From NCBI RefSeq assembly GCF_000196355.1, contig NC_007614.1, positions 2,340,001 through 2,372,000 of the forward strand: a stretch of 32,000 bases of DNA, read 5' to 3'. Below the pieces are notes generated by a model. It was not told the origin of the DNA and did not search any database. It saw only the letters and a program-made list of their open reading frames with translations. This DNA comes from Nitrosospira multiformis ATCC 25196 (lineage in GTDB: Bacteria > Pseudomonadota > Gammaproteobacteria > Burkholderiales > Nitrosomonadaceae). Shown one piece after another: positions 21,813 through 32,000 of the stretch; the stretch's first letter is position 1, and every line of letters starts with the position of its first letter. A program made the position numbers and the translations under genes.

Positions 21813-23173
21813 GAAATATCAGAAGAATCGATCCGGGCAGCGAATTTACCCTGCCCTGGATCGGCATAGGCGATAGCCGCAAATTTTTCAAAATAATCGG
21901 GAAACGTCTTTGAGACACACCGGGGATCATTGATTCGAACCGGCGCGCCAAAAGACACCAGGGAAAAGCACATTGCCATGCGATGATCATCATAGGTATC
22001 AATAGCCGCATTCGCCACCAGTTCCCCGCGAGGCGGGCTGATTTGCAGAAAATCGGACCCTGCCTCCACTTCTGCGCCGAGTTTGCGCAATTCCTGCGCC
22101 ATGGCTGCAATACGATCGGTTTCCTTTACCCGCCAGCTCGCGATATTCCTGAGAACGGTGTTTCCCCGCGCGAACAAGGCTGTCACTGCAAGCGTCATCG
22201 CCGCATCCGGAATATGGTTGCAGTCCAGATCGATTGCTCGCAAGCCACCCGGTCCGGGACCGCTTGCTTCGATCCAGTTATCGCCAAATCTGATATCCGC
22301 TCCCATTCGCTCGAGCGCCTCGGCAAAGCGAATGTCTCCCTGGACACTGTCACGCCCTAAGCCTTCGACGCGTACGGGCCCTCTCCCGATTGCACCGGCC
22401 GCAAGAAAATAGGAGGCTGAGGACGCATCGCCCTCGACGAATACCTGACCCGGACTCCGATAGCGCTGGTCTGCGGGTACAGTAAAGCGCCGCCACTCCT
22501 CCCGCTCCACCTGTACCCCAAAACGCGCCATCAAGGCGATGGTAAGATCGATGTAGGGTCGCGAAATCAGTTCCCCTGCCACGGTGATGACCGGTAACTC
22601 ATCCATTTCCGCGCGCAGGAAAGGCAGCACCATCAACAGGGCAGTGAGGAACTGACTCGATACCTCGCCCCTTACCGTTATTTCCCCCGGATGGATCCGC
22701 CCGGGTTTGATCTGGAGCGGCGGGAAACCTTCCTTCCCGAGATAGGTGATATCCGCGCCTACTTGACGCAGGGCATCGACCAGGTCGCCAATGGGGCGTT
22801 CATGCATTCGCGGCACACCCGACAGCCGGTAGTGCCCTTGAGCAAGTGCCAGCATGGCCGTCAATGGACGGAAAACGGTACCCGCGTTCCCTAAAAACAG
22901 ATCCGCTTCCGTTGTAGGTAAACGAAGAGGAAACTGGTCCCCCACTCCCTGCAAGCGATAATGGTCTCTACCGATCTGAAGGATGGATACACCTAGAGTG
23001 GAGAGGGCATCGAGCATACGGGCAGTATCATCGGAAGCCAGGAGGTCGCAAACATCGGTTACCCCCTCCGACAACGCGGCAAGTAACAAAATTCGATTGG
23101 AAATGCTCTTTGAGCCAGGCAAGCGAACGCTACCCCGAGCACGCTCGACTACCGGCAAGTCAATAAATTTCAC
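21809..23173 (-). CDS. aroA: 3-phosphoshikimate 1-carboxyvinyltransferase (EPSP synthase)
   Basis: [21 protein letters not shown]...[18 protein letters not shown]...[12 protein letters not shown]; overlaps cmk by 4 bp. Confidence 0.97.
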   Translation of the reverse strand: MKFIDLPVVERARGSVRLPGSKSISNRILLLAALSEGVTDVCDLLASDDTARMLDALSTLGVSILQIGRDHYRLQGVGDQFPLRLPTTEADLFLGNAGTVFRPLTAMLALAQGHYRLSGVPRMHERPIGDLVDALRQVGADITYLGKEGFPPLQIKPGRIHPGEITVRGEVSSQFLTALLMVLPFLRAEMDELPVITVAGELISRPYIDLTIALMARFGVQVEREEWRRFTVPADQRYRSPGQVFVEGDASSASYFLAAGAIGRGPVRVEGLGRDSVQGDIRFAEALERMGADIRFGDNWIEASGPGPGGLRAIDLDCNHIPDAAMTLAVTALFARGNTVLRNIASWRVKETDRIAAMAQELRKLGAEVEAGSDFLQISPPRGELVANAAIDTYDDHRMAMCFSLVSFGAPVRINDPRCVSKTFPDYFEKFAAIAYADPGQGKFAARIDSSDIS

Positions 23174-23186
23174 GCGCTGCCTTGGA

Positions 23187-23230
23187 GATTGCCTTCATCG
23201 ATAAACAAGATTGCCTTCATCGATAAACAG
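23187..23230. repeat. Two tandem copies of a 22-bp direct repeat
   Basis: GATTGCCTTCATCGATAAACAA followed by GATTGCCTTCATCGATAAACAG, between aroA and cysM. Confidence 0.95.
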
Positions 23231-23365
23231 CCAGTTCGACGATAAAACCGGCTATTATAATCGACCTCCAATTCCGAATAAATAATAAGCACAATTGCCT
23301 CCGGGAAGCAGATCGCGTCCGAATCCATATTTCCCGGACAAATCGAATGGAAGGATGCATCGAAA

Positions 23366-24319
23366 ATGCCGCACTGGTTCAAAGATAATTCCCAGACCAG
23401 CGGGGCCACCCCGCTGGTCCGGCTTAACCGCATTACGGATGGCGCTCCGGCAATGGTACTGGCCAAGATCGAAGGGCGTAATCCCGCTTATTCCGTAAAA
23501 TGCCGTATCGGCGCCGCCATGATCGAAGATGCGGAACATCGCGGGCTGCTTTATGCCGGAATAGAGCTGGTGGAACCTACCAGCGGCAATACCGGTATCG
23601 CCCTCGCCTCTGTTGCTGCCGCGCGCGGCATACCCCTGACATTGACCATGCCCGAAACCATGGGGCTGGAACGCCGCAAGCTGCTTCTCGCCTACGGGGC
23701 AAAACTGGTTCTGACCGAGGGCGCGCGGGGCATGAAAGGTGCGGTAGCAAAGGCAGAGGAAATCGTTGCTTCCAATCCGGGCCGATACCTCCTGCTCCAG
23801 CAATTCTCCAACCCGGCCAACCCTGCTATTCACGAGCGCACCACAGGGCCAGAGATCTGGAACGATACCGACGGGGCAGTTGATATTTTTGTTGCCGGCG
23901 TGGGTACGGGAGGCACCATTACCGGTGTTTCGCGGTATATAAAGGGGACGAAGAAAAAATCCATTCTCTCGGTCGCCGTTGAGCCTGCTGCCAGCCCAGT
24001 GATCACGCAACACCGGGCTGGCGAACCCCTGGCACCCGGACCTCATCGGATTCCGGGAATTGGCGCAGGATTCATTCCTGCCAACCTGGATCTCTCCCTC
24101 GTGGATGAGGTACAGCAAATCAGCAATGAAGACGCAATTCACTATGCACGCCGTCTTGCACGCGAAGAAGGCATTATCTCGGGGATTTCATGCGGAGCAG
24201 CGGTTGCAGCCGCGTTAAATCATGCGAAGCGAACGGAGAATGCCGGAAAAACCATTGTTGTCGTTCTGCCGGATTCGGGAGAACGCTATCTGAGCTCCAA
24301 CCTTTTTGAGGAGATGTAA
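23366..24319 (+). CDS. cysM: Cysteine synthase B
   Basis: [60 protein letters not shown]...[30 protein letters not shown]. Confidence 0.92.
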   Translation: MPHWFKDNSQTSGATPLVRLNRITDGAPAMVLAKIEGRNPAYSVKCRIGAAMIEDAEHRGLLYAGIELVEPTSGNTGIALASVAAARGIPLTLTMPETMGLERRKLLLAYGAKLVLTEGARGMKGAVAKAEEIVASNPGRYLLLQQFSNPANPAIHERTTGPEIWNDTDGAVDIFVAGVGTGGTITGVSRYIKGTKKKSILSVAVEPAASPVITQHRAGEPLAPGPHRIPGIGAGFIPANLDLSLVDEVQQISNEDAIHYARRLAREEGIISGISCGAAVAAALNHAKRTENAGKTIVVVLPDSGERYLSSNLFEEM

Positions 24320-24353
24320 AAGGCTCAGGAATAGGCGGGCTTGATAATAATAA

Positions 24354-25289
24354 ATGGAGGAGTATTTTTCATTGAAACGAACAGCGCTGAAACTTGGCGA
24401 TGTGGTGTCCGAACTGCGCGCACTGCGCCTCAAATCCCTGGAAAACCGGCAGAGACGCGACAGGCCACCCAAGCTTCCCTCCCGCAAGGTGCTGGTCAGC
24501 ATTGCGGATGGACTGAGAGCCGTACTGTTTCCCAACCGTCTGGGAATGCCCGATCTCACCAACGAAAGCGTCGATTATTATGTGGGCCACACGCTCGATG
24601 TAACGCTGCGGGAATTGATGGTGCAGGTGCGTCGTGAGCTGCGCTTTGCTGGCGATGCGGACGCAACAGGCAACTCTGAAAGGGAACGGGCAGCGGGAAT
24701 TACGCAAGCGTTTGCCCAAAGGCTGCCGCGTATACGCAGTTTGCTTGAAAGCGACATTCAGGCAGCCTATGAAGGAGACCCGGCTGCCCGAAGCGTGGAT
24801 GAGGTTCTGGTATGCTATCCCGGAATTACCGCCATTACCTATTACAGGCTGGCGCATGATTTGCACCGGCTGGGCGCGCCATTGATCGCCAGAATGATTT
24901 CTGAAATTGCTCATTCTTCCACCGGCATCGAAATCCATCCCGGTGCGCAAATCGGCGGATTCTTCTTTATAGACCATGGTACGGGTGTGGTCATCGGCGA
25001 GACCGCCGTCATCGGGGAACATGTGCGCCTATACCAGGCGGTCACCCTTGGGGCCAAGCGCTTTCCCGTGGATGAGCATGGGGCCTTGGTAAAAGGCAAT
25101 TTGCGTCATCCCATCGTCGAGGATGATGTCGTCATCTACGCTGGCGCGACGATCCTGGGGCGCATCACCATTGGCCGAGGCTCAACCATTGGCGGGAATG
25201 TATGGCTCACCCGCAGCGTGCCTCCCGGCAGCGTCATTTCGCAGGCGCAGACACGCAACGAAGTGTTTGATGGGGGCGCCGGCATCTAG
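24354..25289 (+). CDS. Serine O-acetyltransferase (EpsC/CysE family)
   Basis: C-terminal hexapeptide-repeat region SSTGIEIHPGAQIGGFFFIDHGTGVVIGETAVIGEHVRLYQAVTLGAKRFPVDEHG...HPIVEDDVVIYAGATILGRITIG. Follows cysM. Confidence 0.93.
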   Translation: MEEYFSLKRTALKLGDVVSELRALRLKSLENRQRRDRPPKLPSRKVLVSIADGLRAVLFPNRLGMPDLTNESVDYYVGHTLDVTLRELMVQVRRELRFAGDADATGNSERERAAGITQAFAQRLPRIRSLLESDIQAAYEGDPAARSVDEVLVCYPGITAITYYRLAHDLHRLGAPLIARMISEIAHSSTGIEIHPGAQIGGFFFIDHGTGVVIGETAVIGEHVRLYQAVTLGAKRFPVDEHGALVKGNLRHPIVEDDVVIYAGATILGRITIGRGSTIGGNVWLTRSVPPGSVISQAQTRNEVFDGGAGI

Positions 25290-25508
25290 TCCCGCCCCTG
25301 GGCTACGCATATCTGCTCCCAAAACACCTCGTCATTATCCCGGGAGGCGTGAAATATCCGGCTCCAGGCTTCGTTGCGGAAAGCAACGGAATAACACAGT
25401 CTCGGTGGTTGACGCTTGCACAGGCAATATTTAGACTTGTGGAAAAAAACAGAAACAAACACCGCAATGAGTTCCCCAAGCAGGACAGTCACCCTACCCG
25501 ATATCATG

Positions 25509-26354
25509 TGCCCAAAATGCATCAAGTGCGGGAGCGAAAGAACGCACCATTCTCGCGTGCGCCCTAGCGAGCGAACATTGAGTATGCTGTTCCTTCGACC
25601 CATACGTTGCCGGCAATGCAAGGAGCGCTTCTGGGTGAAAAATTCGAATGCCTTTCTTGCATTGGGGGGAGTGCTGTTCATCGGCGCCTTGCTGATTACA
25701 ACGGTCTGGCTGATCATAGAGCACAACATGGCCGACCCTTATGCGGGATCCGCCCCGGAAATTGGAACTGAAGACCCTGCTGACTCTGTCGCCCGCGGGA
25801 CCAGCAAATCGCAGAACGGCCAGGAAGCGCTTTCCGCCCCGGCACCGGGGACACGCGGAACTCATGACGTCACACAGTCGCCCGGAAGTATTCCTTCTTC
25901 CGCTCCCGCGCGCAATCCCCTTGAGGATCATCGTTTTACCGTTCGACTCTATCAGGAGGCAGCGAATAACGGTGATGCCGATTCGCAGTATAAACTCGGG
26001 CTGCTGTATCTGACGGGGAACGGCGCCCTCCAGGACTTTGCCGAAGCTGCAAAATGGCTCCAATTGGCCGCAGAGCAAGGCTACGGACCCGCTCAATATG
26101 AGCTGGGCCTCATCTATCGCAATGGATACGGCCTCCCTACGGACCATGTGCAAAGCTACGTATGGTTGAATCTTGCGGCCGCCGCCGGCGTCCAGCAGGC
26201 CATGGGAGCCAGGGATGAAGTCATGCGCGCGCTAAGCAGCAAGCAACTGGCGCAGGCACAGAAGATTTCCCGCGAGTGGCTGGCGGCACGAACCGGACCG
26301 GAAAGCGGAAAAGAGGCTGACCGGGTTGAATCCGCACACCCTCGACGTAAATAA
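25509..26354 (+). CDS. Zinc-ribbon / single-TM / Sel1-repeat protein
   Basis: MCPKCIKCGSERTHHSRVRPSERTLSMLFLRPIRCRQCKERFW, hydrophobic FLALGGVLFIGALLITTVWLII, then Sel1 repeats GDADSQYKLGLLYLTGNGALQDFAEAAKWLQLAAEQGYGPAQYELGLIYRNGYGLP. Start approximate within ORF 25416..26354. Confidence 0.8.
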   Translation, partial: CPKCIKCGSERTHHSRVRPSERTLSMLFLRPIRCRQCKERFWVKNSNAFLALGGVLFIGALLITTVWLIIEHNMADPYAGSAPEIGTEDPADSVARGTSKSQNGQEALSAPAPGTRGTHDVTQSPGSIPSSAPARNPLEDHRFTVRLYQEAANNGDADSQYKLGLLYLTGNGALQDFAEAAKWLQLAAEQGYGPAQYELGLIYRNGYGLPTDHVQSYVWLNLAAAAGVQQAMGARDEVMRALSSKQLAQAQKISREWLAARTGPESGKEADRVESAHPRRK

Positions 26355-26528
26355 TAACTGCCAAACAACGCACTGCTGAATAACACGTCCTTCCCTTCAT
26401 CAGAACAACTGGCTGCCAGGGGAGCTATCCTGCGATAAATGATTCTCGCAGTTCAATTGGCAGCTCAAGGCGGAAGCACTGCATTCCATACCAATTCGTG
26501 CAACATTTCTGATGAAGAGGAAATCCTC

Positions 26529-27941
26529 GTGAGTGAAACTTTCGACGTTATCATCATCGGCGCCGGCACCGCAGGATTGGCCGCTCTCAGGGAAGTAAAG
26601 AAGCGCACTGACAATTTCGCCATTATCAACGATGGTCCCTGGGGGACAGTCTGTGCCCGTGTCGGGTGCATGCCCTCCAAGGCACTGATCGAGGCCGCAA
26701 AGGCATTCCATCGCCGCACCTCCTTTGAGGAATTCGGCATCCAGGGCGCGCATTGCCTCACACCGGATATTGCAGCTGTCCTGCGACGTGTGCGCCGGCT
26801 GCGGGACGATTTTGTCGCCAGCACGCTGAAGGCGACGGAAGTGCTGGGAGAACGAGCTATTTCCGGTCGTGCGCGCCTTCTTGAAGCAGGAAGGCTCGAG
26901 GTAAACGGGCGGGAATTGCGCGCTCGAAACATTATCATTGCTACTGGCTCCCGACCGGTTGTACCTTCTCCCTGGCTTGCACTCGACACGCAGATCCTGA
27001 CGACGGATACATTATTCGAACAAAAAACCCTTCCCGACCGGGTAGCCATCATAGGCCTGGGAGCAGTGGGCGTGGAAATGGCTCAAGCACTCGGCCGGCT
27101 GGGAATCGAGGTAACGGCATTCAGTGAAAGCGATACTATCGCCGGTCTGAGCGATCCGAAAGTCAATGCGGTTGCGGCAGAGCTTTTTGCAGACGAGTTC
27201 AGGGTACATCTGGGCAAGCGGGCAGATCTCCGGGTAGCCGATGGAGGTATGCGGGTAACTACCGGGACGCAGGAAACCGCAGTCGATGCAGTTCTTGCCA
27301 GTCTGGGCCGCAGGCCCAATATCGAGAATCTGGGGCTGGAAACGCTAGGCATCCCGTTGAATGAAAGAGGGCTGCCTCCTGTCGATCCCCATACCATGCA
27401 GATAGCAGACCTGCCGGTTTTCATGGCAGGCGATGCGAGCGGCATGAGACCTCTGTTGCACGAGGCAGCGGACGAGGGGCACATTGCAGGAATCAATGCC
27501 ACCCATCCCACTCCTATTCGCTTTGATCGTCGTACGCCGCTTGCGATCGTGTTTACCGATCCCGGCATAGCCATCGTCGGTAAAAAACATACCTCACTTC
27601 CCCGCGGAACATTGACCGGAGAGGTTCGTTTCGAGCCCCAGAGCCGGGCCCGCATGGCGCAACGTAACGACGGCATTCTGCGCATTTACGCCGAACCGGG
27701 CAGCGGCAAGCTGCTTGGAGCTGAAATGTGCAGTCCCGATGCGGAGCATATGGCACACCTGCTGGCCCTGGCGATCGACCGCTCACTCACCGTGCATGAC
27801 ATGCTGCGCATGCCCTTTTATCATCCCGTCCTGGAAGAAGGTCTGCGGACTGCATTACGTGAGCTCTCGAAACAACTTCCCCACTGTCGCGAATCCGATC
27901 TTGCAGGCTGCGAGGCGTTCGGTGCGCAGGCACTGGATTGA
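26529..27941 (+). CDS. Dihydrolipoyl dehydrogenase-like pyridine nucleotide-disulfide oxidoreductase
   Basis: DVIIIGAGTAGLAALREV, redox motif GTVCARVGCMPSKAL, VAIIGLGAVGVEMAQALGRLG, C-terminal FYHPVLEEGLRTALREL; likely GTG start inside the 26439 ORF. Confidence 0.9.
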   Translation: MSETFDVIIIGAGTAGLAALREVKKRTDNFAIINDGPWGTVCARVGCMPSKALIEAAKAFHRRTSFEEFGIQGAHCLTPDIAAVLRRVRRLRDDFVASTLKATEVLGERAISGRARLLEAGRLEVNGRELRARNIIIATGSRPVVPSPWLALDTQILTTDTLFEQKTLPDRVAIIGLGAVGVEMAQALGRLGIEVTAFSESDTIAGLSDPKVNAVAAELFADEFRVHLGKRADLRVADGGMRVTTGTQETAVDAVLASLGRRPNIENLGLETLGIPLNERGLPPVDPHTMQIADLPVFMAGDASGMRPLLHEAADEGHIAGINATHPTPIRFDRRTPLAIVFTDPGIAIVGKKHTSLPRGTLTGEVRFEPQSRARMAQRNDGILRIYAEPGSGKLLGAEMCSPDAEHMAHLLALAIDRSLTVHDMLRMPFYHPVLEEGLRTALRELSKQLPHCRESDLAGCEAFGAQALD

Positions 27942-28112
27942 TGCAACACAGACGTCGTGCCGCAGATCTCGATATTTCATCAGCACATTGGCACATTGCC
28001 GGAACTCGGGCATAAAGTTCGAGGATACCAAAAGCGCATAAATGCAGTCAGTGCCAGAACTTAATATTTACAAAGGAAGTCTTAGCTCGGGAATAGCAGA
28101 AGAGAAAGCCTG

Positions 28113-28595
28113 ATGAATGAATTCGCATTTGCCAGAGTGCTGCATGTGCTGGGAGTTGTGCTGTGGATCGGGGGTGTCGCCATGGTGACAGTCGTTCTGT
28201 TTCCCATTATGGCGAAAATGAAATCCGCAACCGAGCGGACGGAATTTTTCGGCCACATCGAAAACCGCTTTGCTCCCCAGGCGCGCTGGACAACACTGAT
28301 CGTCGGTCTGAGTGGCTTTTATATGGTATATGTTCTCGACGCCTGGAACCGTTTTACTGACCCCCGCTTCTGGTGGATGCATGCCATGGTTGCAGTGTGG
28401 CTGATCTTTACCTTGATGCTGTTTATAGGGGAGCCCCTGGTATTCCGGAGGCAGAAGGCAAAAATGTCTCAACGTGATCCCGCAAGGACTTTCGCATTGG
28501 CGCAGCGGATGCACAGGATATTGTTGAGTTTGAGCCTCGTTACCATTGCAGGAGCAGTGGCCGGCAGCCATGGCTGGATGCTGCGGGGAGGATAG
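28113..28595 (+). CDS. CopD-like integral membrane protein
   Basis: 160 aa: MNEFAFARVLHVLGVVLWIGGVAMVTVVLFPI...FWWMHAMVAVWLIFTLMLFIGEPL; about 4 TM segments. Confidence 0.65.
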   Translation: MNEFAFARVLHVLGVVLWIGGVAMVTVVLFPIMAKMKSATERTEFFGHIENRFAPQARWTTLIVGLSGFYMVYVLDAWNRFTDPRFWWMHAMVAVWLIFTLMLFIGEPLVFRRQKAKMSQRDPARTFALAQRMHRILLSLSLVTIAGAVAGSHGWMLRGG

Positions 28596-28597
28596 AC

Positions 28598-28987
28598 ATG
28601 AGTTATGCAGTAATAAAAATGATTCATGTCGGTAGCGTTATAATAAGCTATCTTTTGTTTTCATTGCGCAGCATCTGGATGATCCAAGGATCTGCTGACT
28701 TGAAACGGCGCTGGGTAAAAATTACGCCGCATGTGGTGGATACCGTACTGCTTGCGAGTGCTGTTGCGCTGGCTGTCCGCATTCACCAGGATCCGGTACA
28801 TGACTCCTGGCTCAGCGCCAAGGTTGTCGGATTGCTGCTGTATATCGGCCTGGGAATGACAGCGCTAAGATTTGGAAAAACGCGCAAAGCAAAAATATCT
28901 GCATGTGTCGCAGCCCAATTCGTATTTATTTATATCGTACTGGTTGCCCTGACAAAAAATCCTGCAGTTTTTTCCCCCATCTCGTAA
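28598..28987 (+). CDS. SirB-family membrane protein
   Basis: MSYAVIKMIHVGSVIISYLLFSLRSIWMIQGSADLKRRWVKITPHVVDTVLLASAVALAV...DSWLSAKVVGLLLYIGLGMTALR. Confidence 0.85.
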   Translation: MSYAVIKMIHVGSVIISYLLFSLRSIWMIQGSADLKRRWVKITPHVVDTVLLASAVALAVRIHQDPVHDSWLSAKVVGLLLYIGLGMTALRFGKTRKAKISACVAAQFVFIYIVLVALTKNPAVFSPIS

Positions 28988-29141
28988 GAAACTGGATCGC
29001 GGACCTTGCATTTTCCGGAAAATCTTTCAAAATGCCCTGCCAATGCTCCCCGAGCGATTGCTGTGTCTTATATGAAACGTAGTATTATTTTTATAGAACG
29101 TCCATGCTTGTCTTAATCTTCCTCTGCAAGAACCTACTCAC

Positions 29142-31475
29142 ATGCTAGCGCGTTGGCGTTGGTGGGCTTACCCTTTGGCCGCGCTTTTTGCATTGGGTGT
29201 CATCGGGGCTCTGGTTTTCGGTTTCGCAGCATTGGTGACCATCCGTGCCTTACCCTCGCTCGAGTCTTTGACAGACTATCGCCCCAAGGTACCGTTACGC
29301 GTATATAGCGCAGAGGGCATCCTGATCGGCGAGTTTGGAGAAGAACGGCGGCAAGTGGTCAAAATCGATTCCGTTCCGCTCCGTCTGAAACAGGCAATCC
29401 TGGCTGCCGAGGATGACCGGTTTTATCAGCATGGGGGAGTAGACTACACTGGCATACTGCGTGCTGCTTATTCCAATTTCACCTCCGGCGGGCTGCGCCA
29501 GGGGGCCAGCACCATTACGATGCAGGTGGCAAGAAATTTTTTCCTGACGAAGGAAAAAACACTGAACCGTAAATTCAGCGAAGCCTTGCTTGCATTCAAG
29601 ATCGAACACAGTTTAAGCAAGGACCAGATTCTCGAACTCTACTTCAACCAGATTTATCTCGGTCAGCGTTCGTACGGTTTTGCCGCTGCCGCCCAGGTTT
29701 ACTTCGGTAAAAGCCTGAACAGGATCAATCTGGCGGAAGCCGCAATGCTTGCGGGACTCCCCAAAGCGCCTTCGCGCTTCAATCCGGTCGTCAATCCGCA
29801 ACGCGCGAGGGCGCGGCAAGTATATGTGCTCCGGCGTATGCGCGACTTGGGCTATATCCCGAACGAGGAGTTCGAACAAGCCGAAAAACAACCGCTGCAA
29901 ATCATCAGGCGGGAATCACAGGAATACGCTCTGCGGGCGGATTACGTCGCGGAAATGGCGCGCCAGGCCATGTATCAGCGCTACCAAGAGGATGCATACA
30001 CGAGAGGTTACAAGGTCTATACCACTATCCGTTTTCTCGACCAGGAAGCCGCCTATAATGCAGTACGCCAGGGCGTGCTGGACTATGACTATCGGCACGG
30101 TTATCGTGGTCCAGAAGCAGTCATAAAGCTGTCGGCAGGGGACTTGAAGCGGGAAGAAATACTCGATGAAGCGTTGCAGGAAGTGACTGACAGCGATGGC
30201 ATTCTTGCCGCAGTCGCGCTGGAGGCAAGCCCGAAGCGGGTCAAGGCGTACCGCAAAGGCGGCGAAATCATCGAAATCAAGGGCGACGGACTCAAATTCG
30301 CGGAGAAATTCCTGACTGCCAAACCTGCTGCCAATCAGCAGGTCATTCGACCCGGCTCTCTGATTCGTGTCCACAAAAACGAAAAGGGCACCTGGGAGAT
30401 TACGCAACTGCCGCAGGTGGAAGCCTCGCTGGTTGCCATTAATCCCCACGACGGGGCGATCCGCGCCATGGTGGGAGGCTTTGATTTCAACCGCAACCAG
30501 TTCAACCACGTTACCCAGGCATGGCGCCAGCCTGGCTCCAGCTTCAAGCCATTCATTTATTCCGCTTCTCTGGAAAAAGGCTTCACCCCGGCGACTGTCA
30601 TCAATGATGCCCCGCTTTCGTTTACGGCCGAAGAGACCGGGAGCGATCAATGGGATCCCCGAAACTTCGGGGACAGTTATGATGGGCCGTTGCGCATGCG
30701 TGAAGCGCTGGCAAGATCAAAGAATCTGGTTTCCATCCGCATTCTCCAGGCAATCGATGTGCAGTACGCGCAGGATTACGTGAGACGCTTCGGTTTTGAT
30801 CCCAAACAGCACCCCGCCTACCTCGCGATGGCGCTTGGCGCCGGTTCAGTCACTCCGATGCAGATGGCGGTAGGTTACGCTGCATTCGCCAATGGCGGAT
30901 TTCTGATATCCCCCTATCTCATACAACGCGTAGAGGATGTCAACGGCAATGTCGTGGAGCAATCGAAGCCCGCGCTGGCGGGTGAAAACGCCAAGCAGAT
31001 TATCGATCCACGCAATGCCTTTCTCATGTCCAGCATGATGCGGGATGTGGTGCAACGCGGAACCGCAACCAGAGCGAAACAGTTGGGCCGTAACGATCTG
31101 GCGGGTAAAACCGGCACTACCAGTAATTATGTGGACGCCTGGTTCTGCGGATATCAGCCCGATCTGGTCGCCATCGCCTGGATCGGTTTCGACAATCCGA
31201 GATCGTTGGGAGACAATGAAACCGGCGGTCGGGCGGCACTCCCCATCTGGATGAATTATATGGACAAGGCGTTGAAAGGCGTACCAGTCGCCTCCTATTC
31301 CGCTCCAAGCGGGATCACAACTGCCAGGATTAATCCGGAAACCGGCCTGCGAGGGAGCGGCGCGACGCTGGAGGAATACTTCATGGAAGAGCAGCTTCCT
31401 CCTGAAGAAGAGGATCCGATAGATATCACGATCAGATCGGTGGAGGACATCATAAACGATTTTCTGTCGAACTAG
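29142..31475 (+). CDS. mrcA: Penicillin-binding protein 1A (bifunctional)
   Basis: AILAAEDDRFYQHGGVDYTGILRAAYSNFTSGGLRQGASTITMQVARNFFL transglycosylase; RPGSSFKPFIYSASLEKG and GKTGTTSNYVDAWFCGY transpeptidase motifs. Confidence 0.97.
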   Translation: MLARWRWWAYPLAALFALGVIGALVFGFAALVTIRALPSLESLTDYRPKVPLRVYSAEGILIGEFGEERRQVVKIDSVPLRLKQAILAAEDDRFYQHGGVDYTGILRAAYSNFTSGGLRQGASTITMQVARNFFLTKEKTLNRKFSEALLAFKIEHSLSKDQILELYFNQIYLGQRSYGFAAAAQVYFGKSLNRINLAEAAMLAGLPKAPSRFNPVVNPQRARARQVYVLRRMRDLGYIPNEEFEQAEKQPLQIIRRESQEYALRADYVAEMARQAMYQRYQEDAYTRGYKVYTTIRFLDQEAAYNAVRQGVLDYDYRHGYRGPEAVIKLSAGDLKREEILDEALQEVTDSDGILAAVALEASPKRVKAYRKGGEIIEIKGDGLKFAEKFLTAKPAANQQVIRPGSLIRVHKNEKGTWEITQLPQVEASLVAINPHDGAIRAMVGGFDFNRNQFNHVTQAWRQPGSSFKPFIYSASLEKGFTPATVINDAPLSFTAEETGSDQWDPRNFGDSYDGPLRMREALARSKNLVSIRILQAIDVQYAQDYVRRFGFDPKQHPAYLAMALGAGSVTPMQMAVGYAAFANGGFLISPYLIQRVEDVNGNVVEQSKPALAGENAKQIIDPRNAFLMSSMMRDVVQRGTATRAKQLGRNDLAGKTGTTSNYVDAWFCGYQPDLVAIAWIGFDNPRSLGDNETGGRAALPIWMNYMDKALKGVPVASYSAPSGITTARINPETGLRGSGATLEEYFMEEQLPPEEEDPIDITIRSVEDIINDFLSN

Positions 31476-31544
31476 AAAGGGGGCGATTCCCGTTTCCTGC
31501 CTGTTCGCCCTGTTTCAGTCGTCCTCCACCAGTCTTATTTCGGC

Positions 31545-32000
<456 letters not shown>

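Noticed and set aside
28068-28571. 167-aa minus-strand ORF with His/Gln-rich content
   Set aside because: Antisense to the CopD-like membrane protein gene, which has coherent TM segments and sits next to the SirB-like gene.

Overview
The window splits into two parts. (A) An accessory region at about 1-8500 holds a minus-strand cassette of four closely spaced ORFs: a 101-aa ORF, an 841-aa uncharacterised protein, a GH5-like glycoside hydrolase, and a papain-like cysteine-protease-like ORF that runs off the left edge and is missing from the supplied ORF track. It also holds a frameshifted Xre/MbcA/ParS-RES toxin-antitoxin remnant, an EamA/DMT transporter, a serine-recombinase fragment, a small PepSY-like exported protein, a frameshifted IS3-family element with recognisable terminal inverted repeats, and a truncated IS30-family transposase N-terminus. 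(B) A conserved betaproteobacterial-type core runs from about 8590 to 32000: terminator, tRNA(CAT), rpoD, dnaG, yqeY/gatB-like, rpsU, tsaD, plsY, folB, CBS-pair protein, pyrF, lapA, ihfB, rpsA, cmk, aroA, cysM, cysE/epsC-like, zinc-ribbon/Sel1 membrane protein, Lpd-like flavoprotein, CopD-like and SirB-like membrane proteins, mrcA/ponA and the C-terminal part of hemB. Gene content and order suggest Nitrosomonadaceae (Nitrosospira-like), but this is a low-confidence impression. The strongest candidate for an undescribed system is the cassette at 1-4298. No CRISPR array or rRNA was seen.
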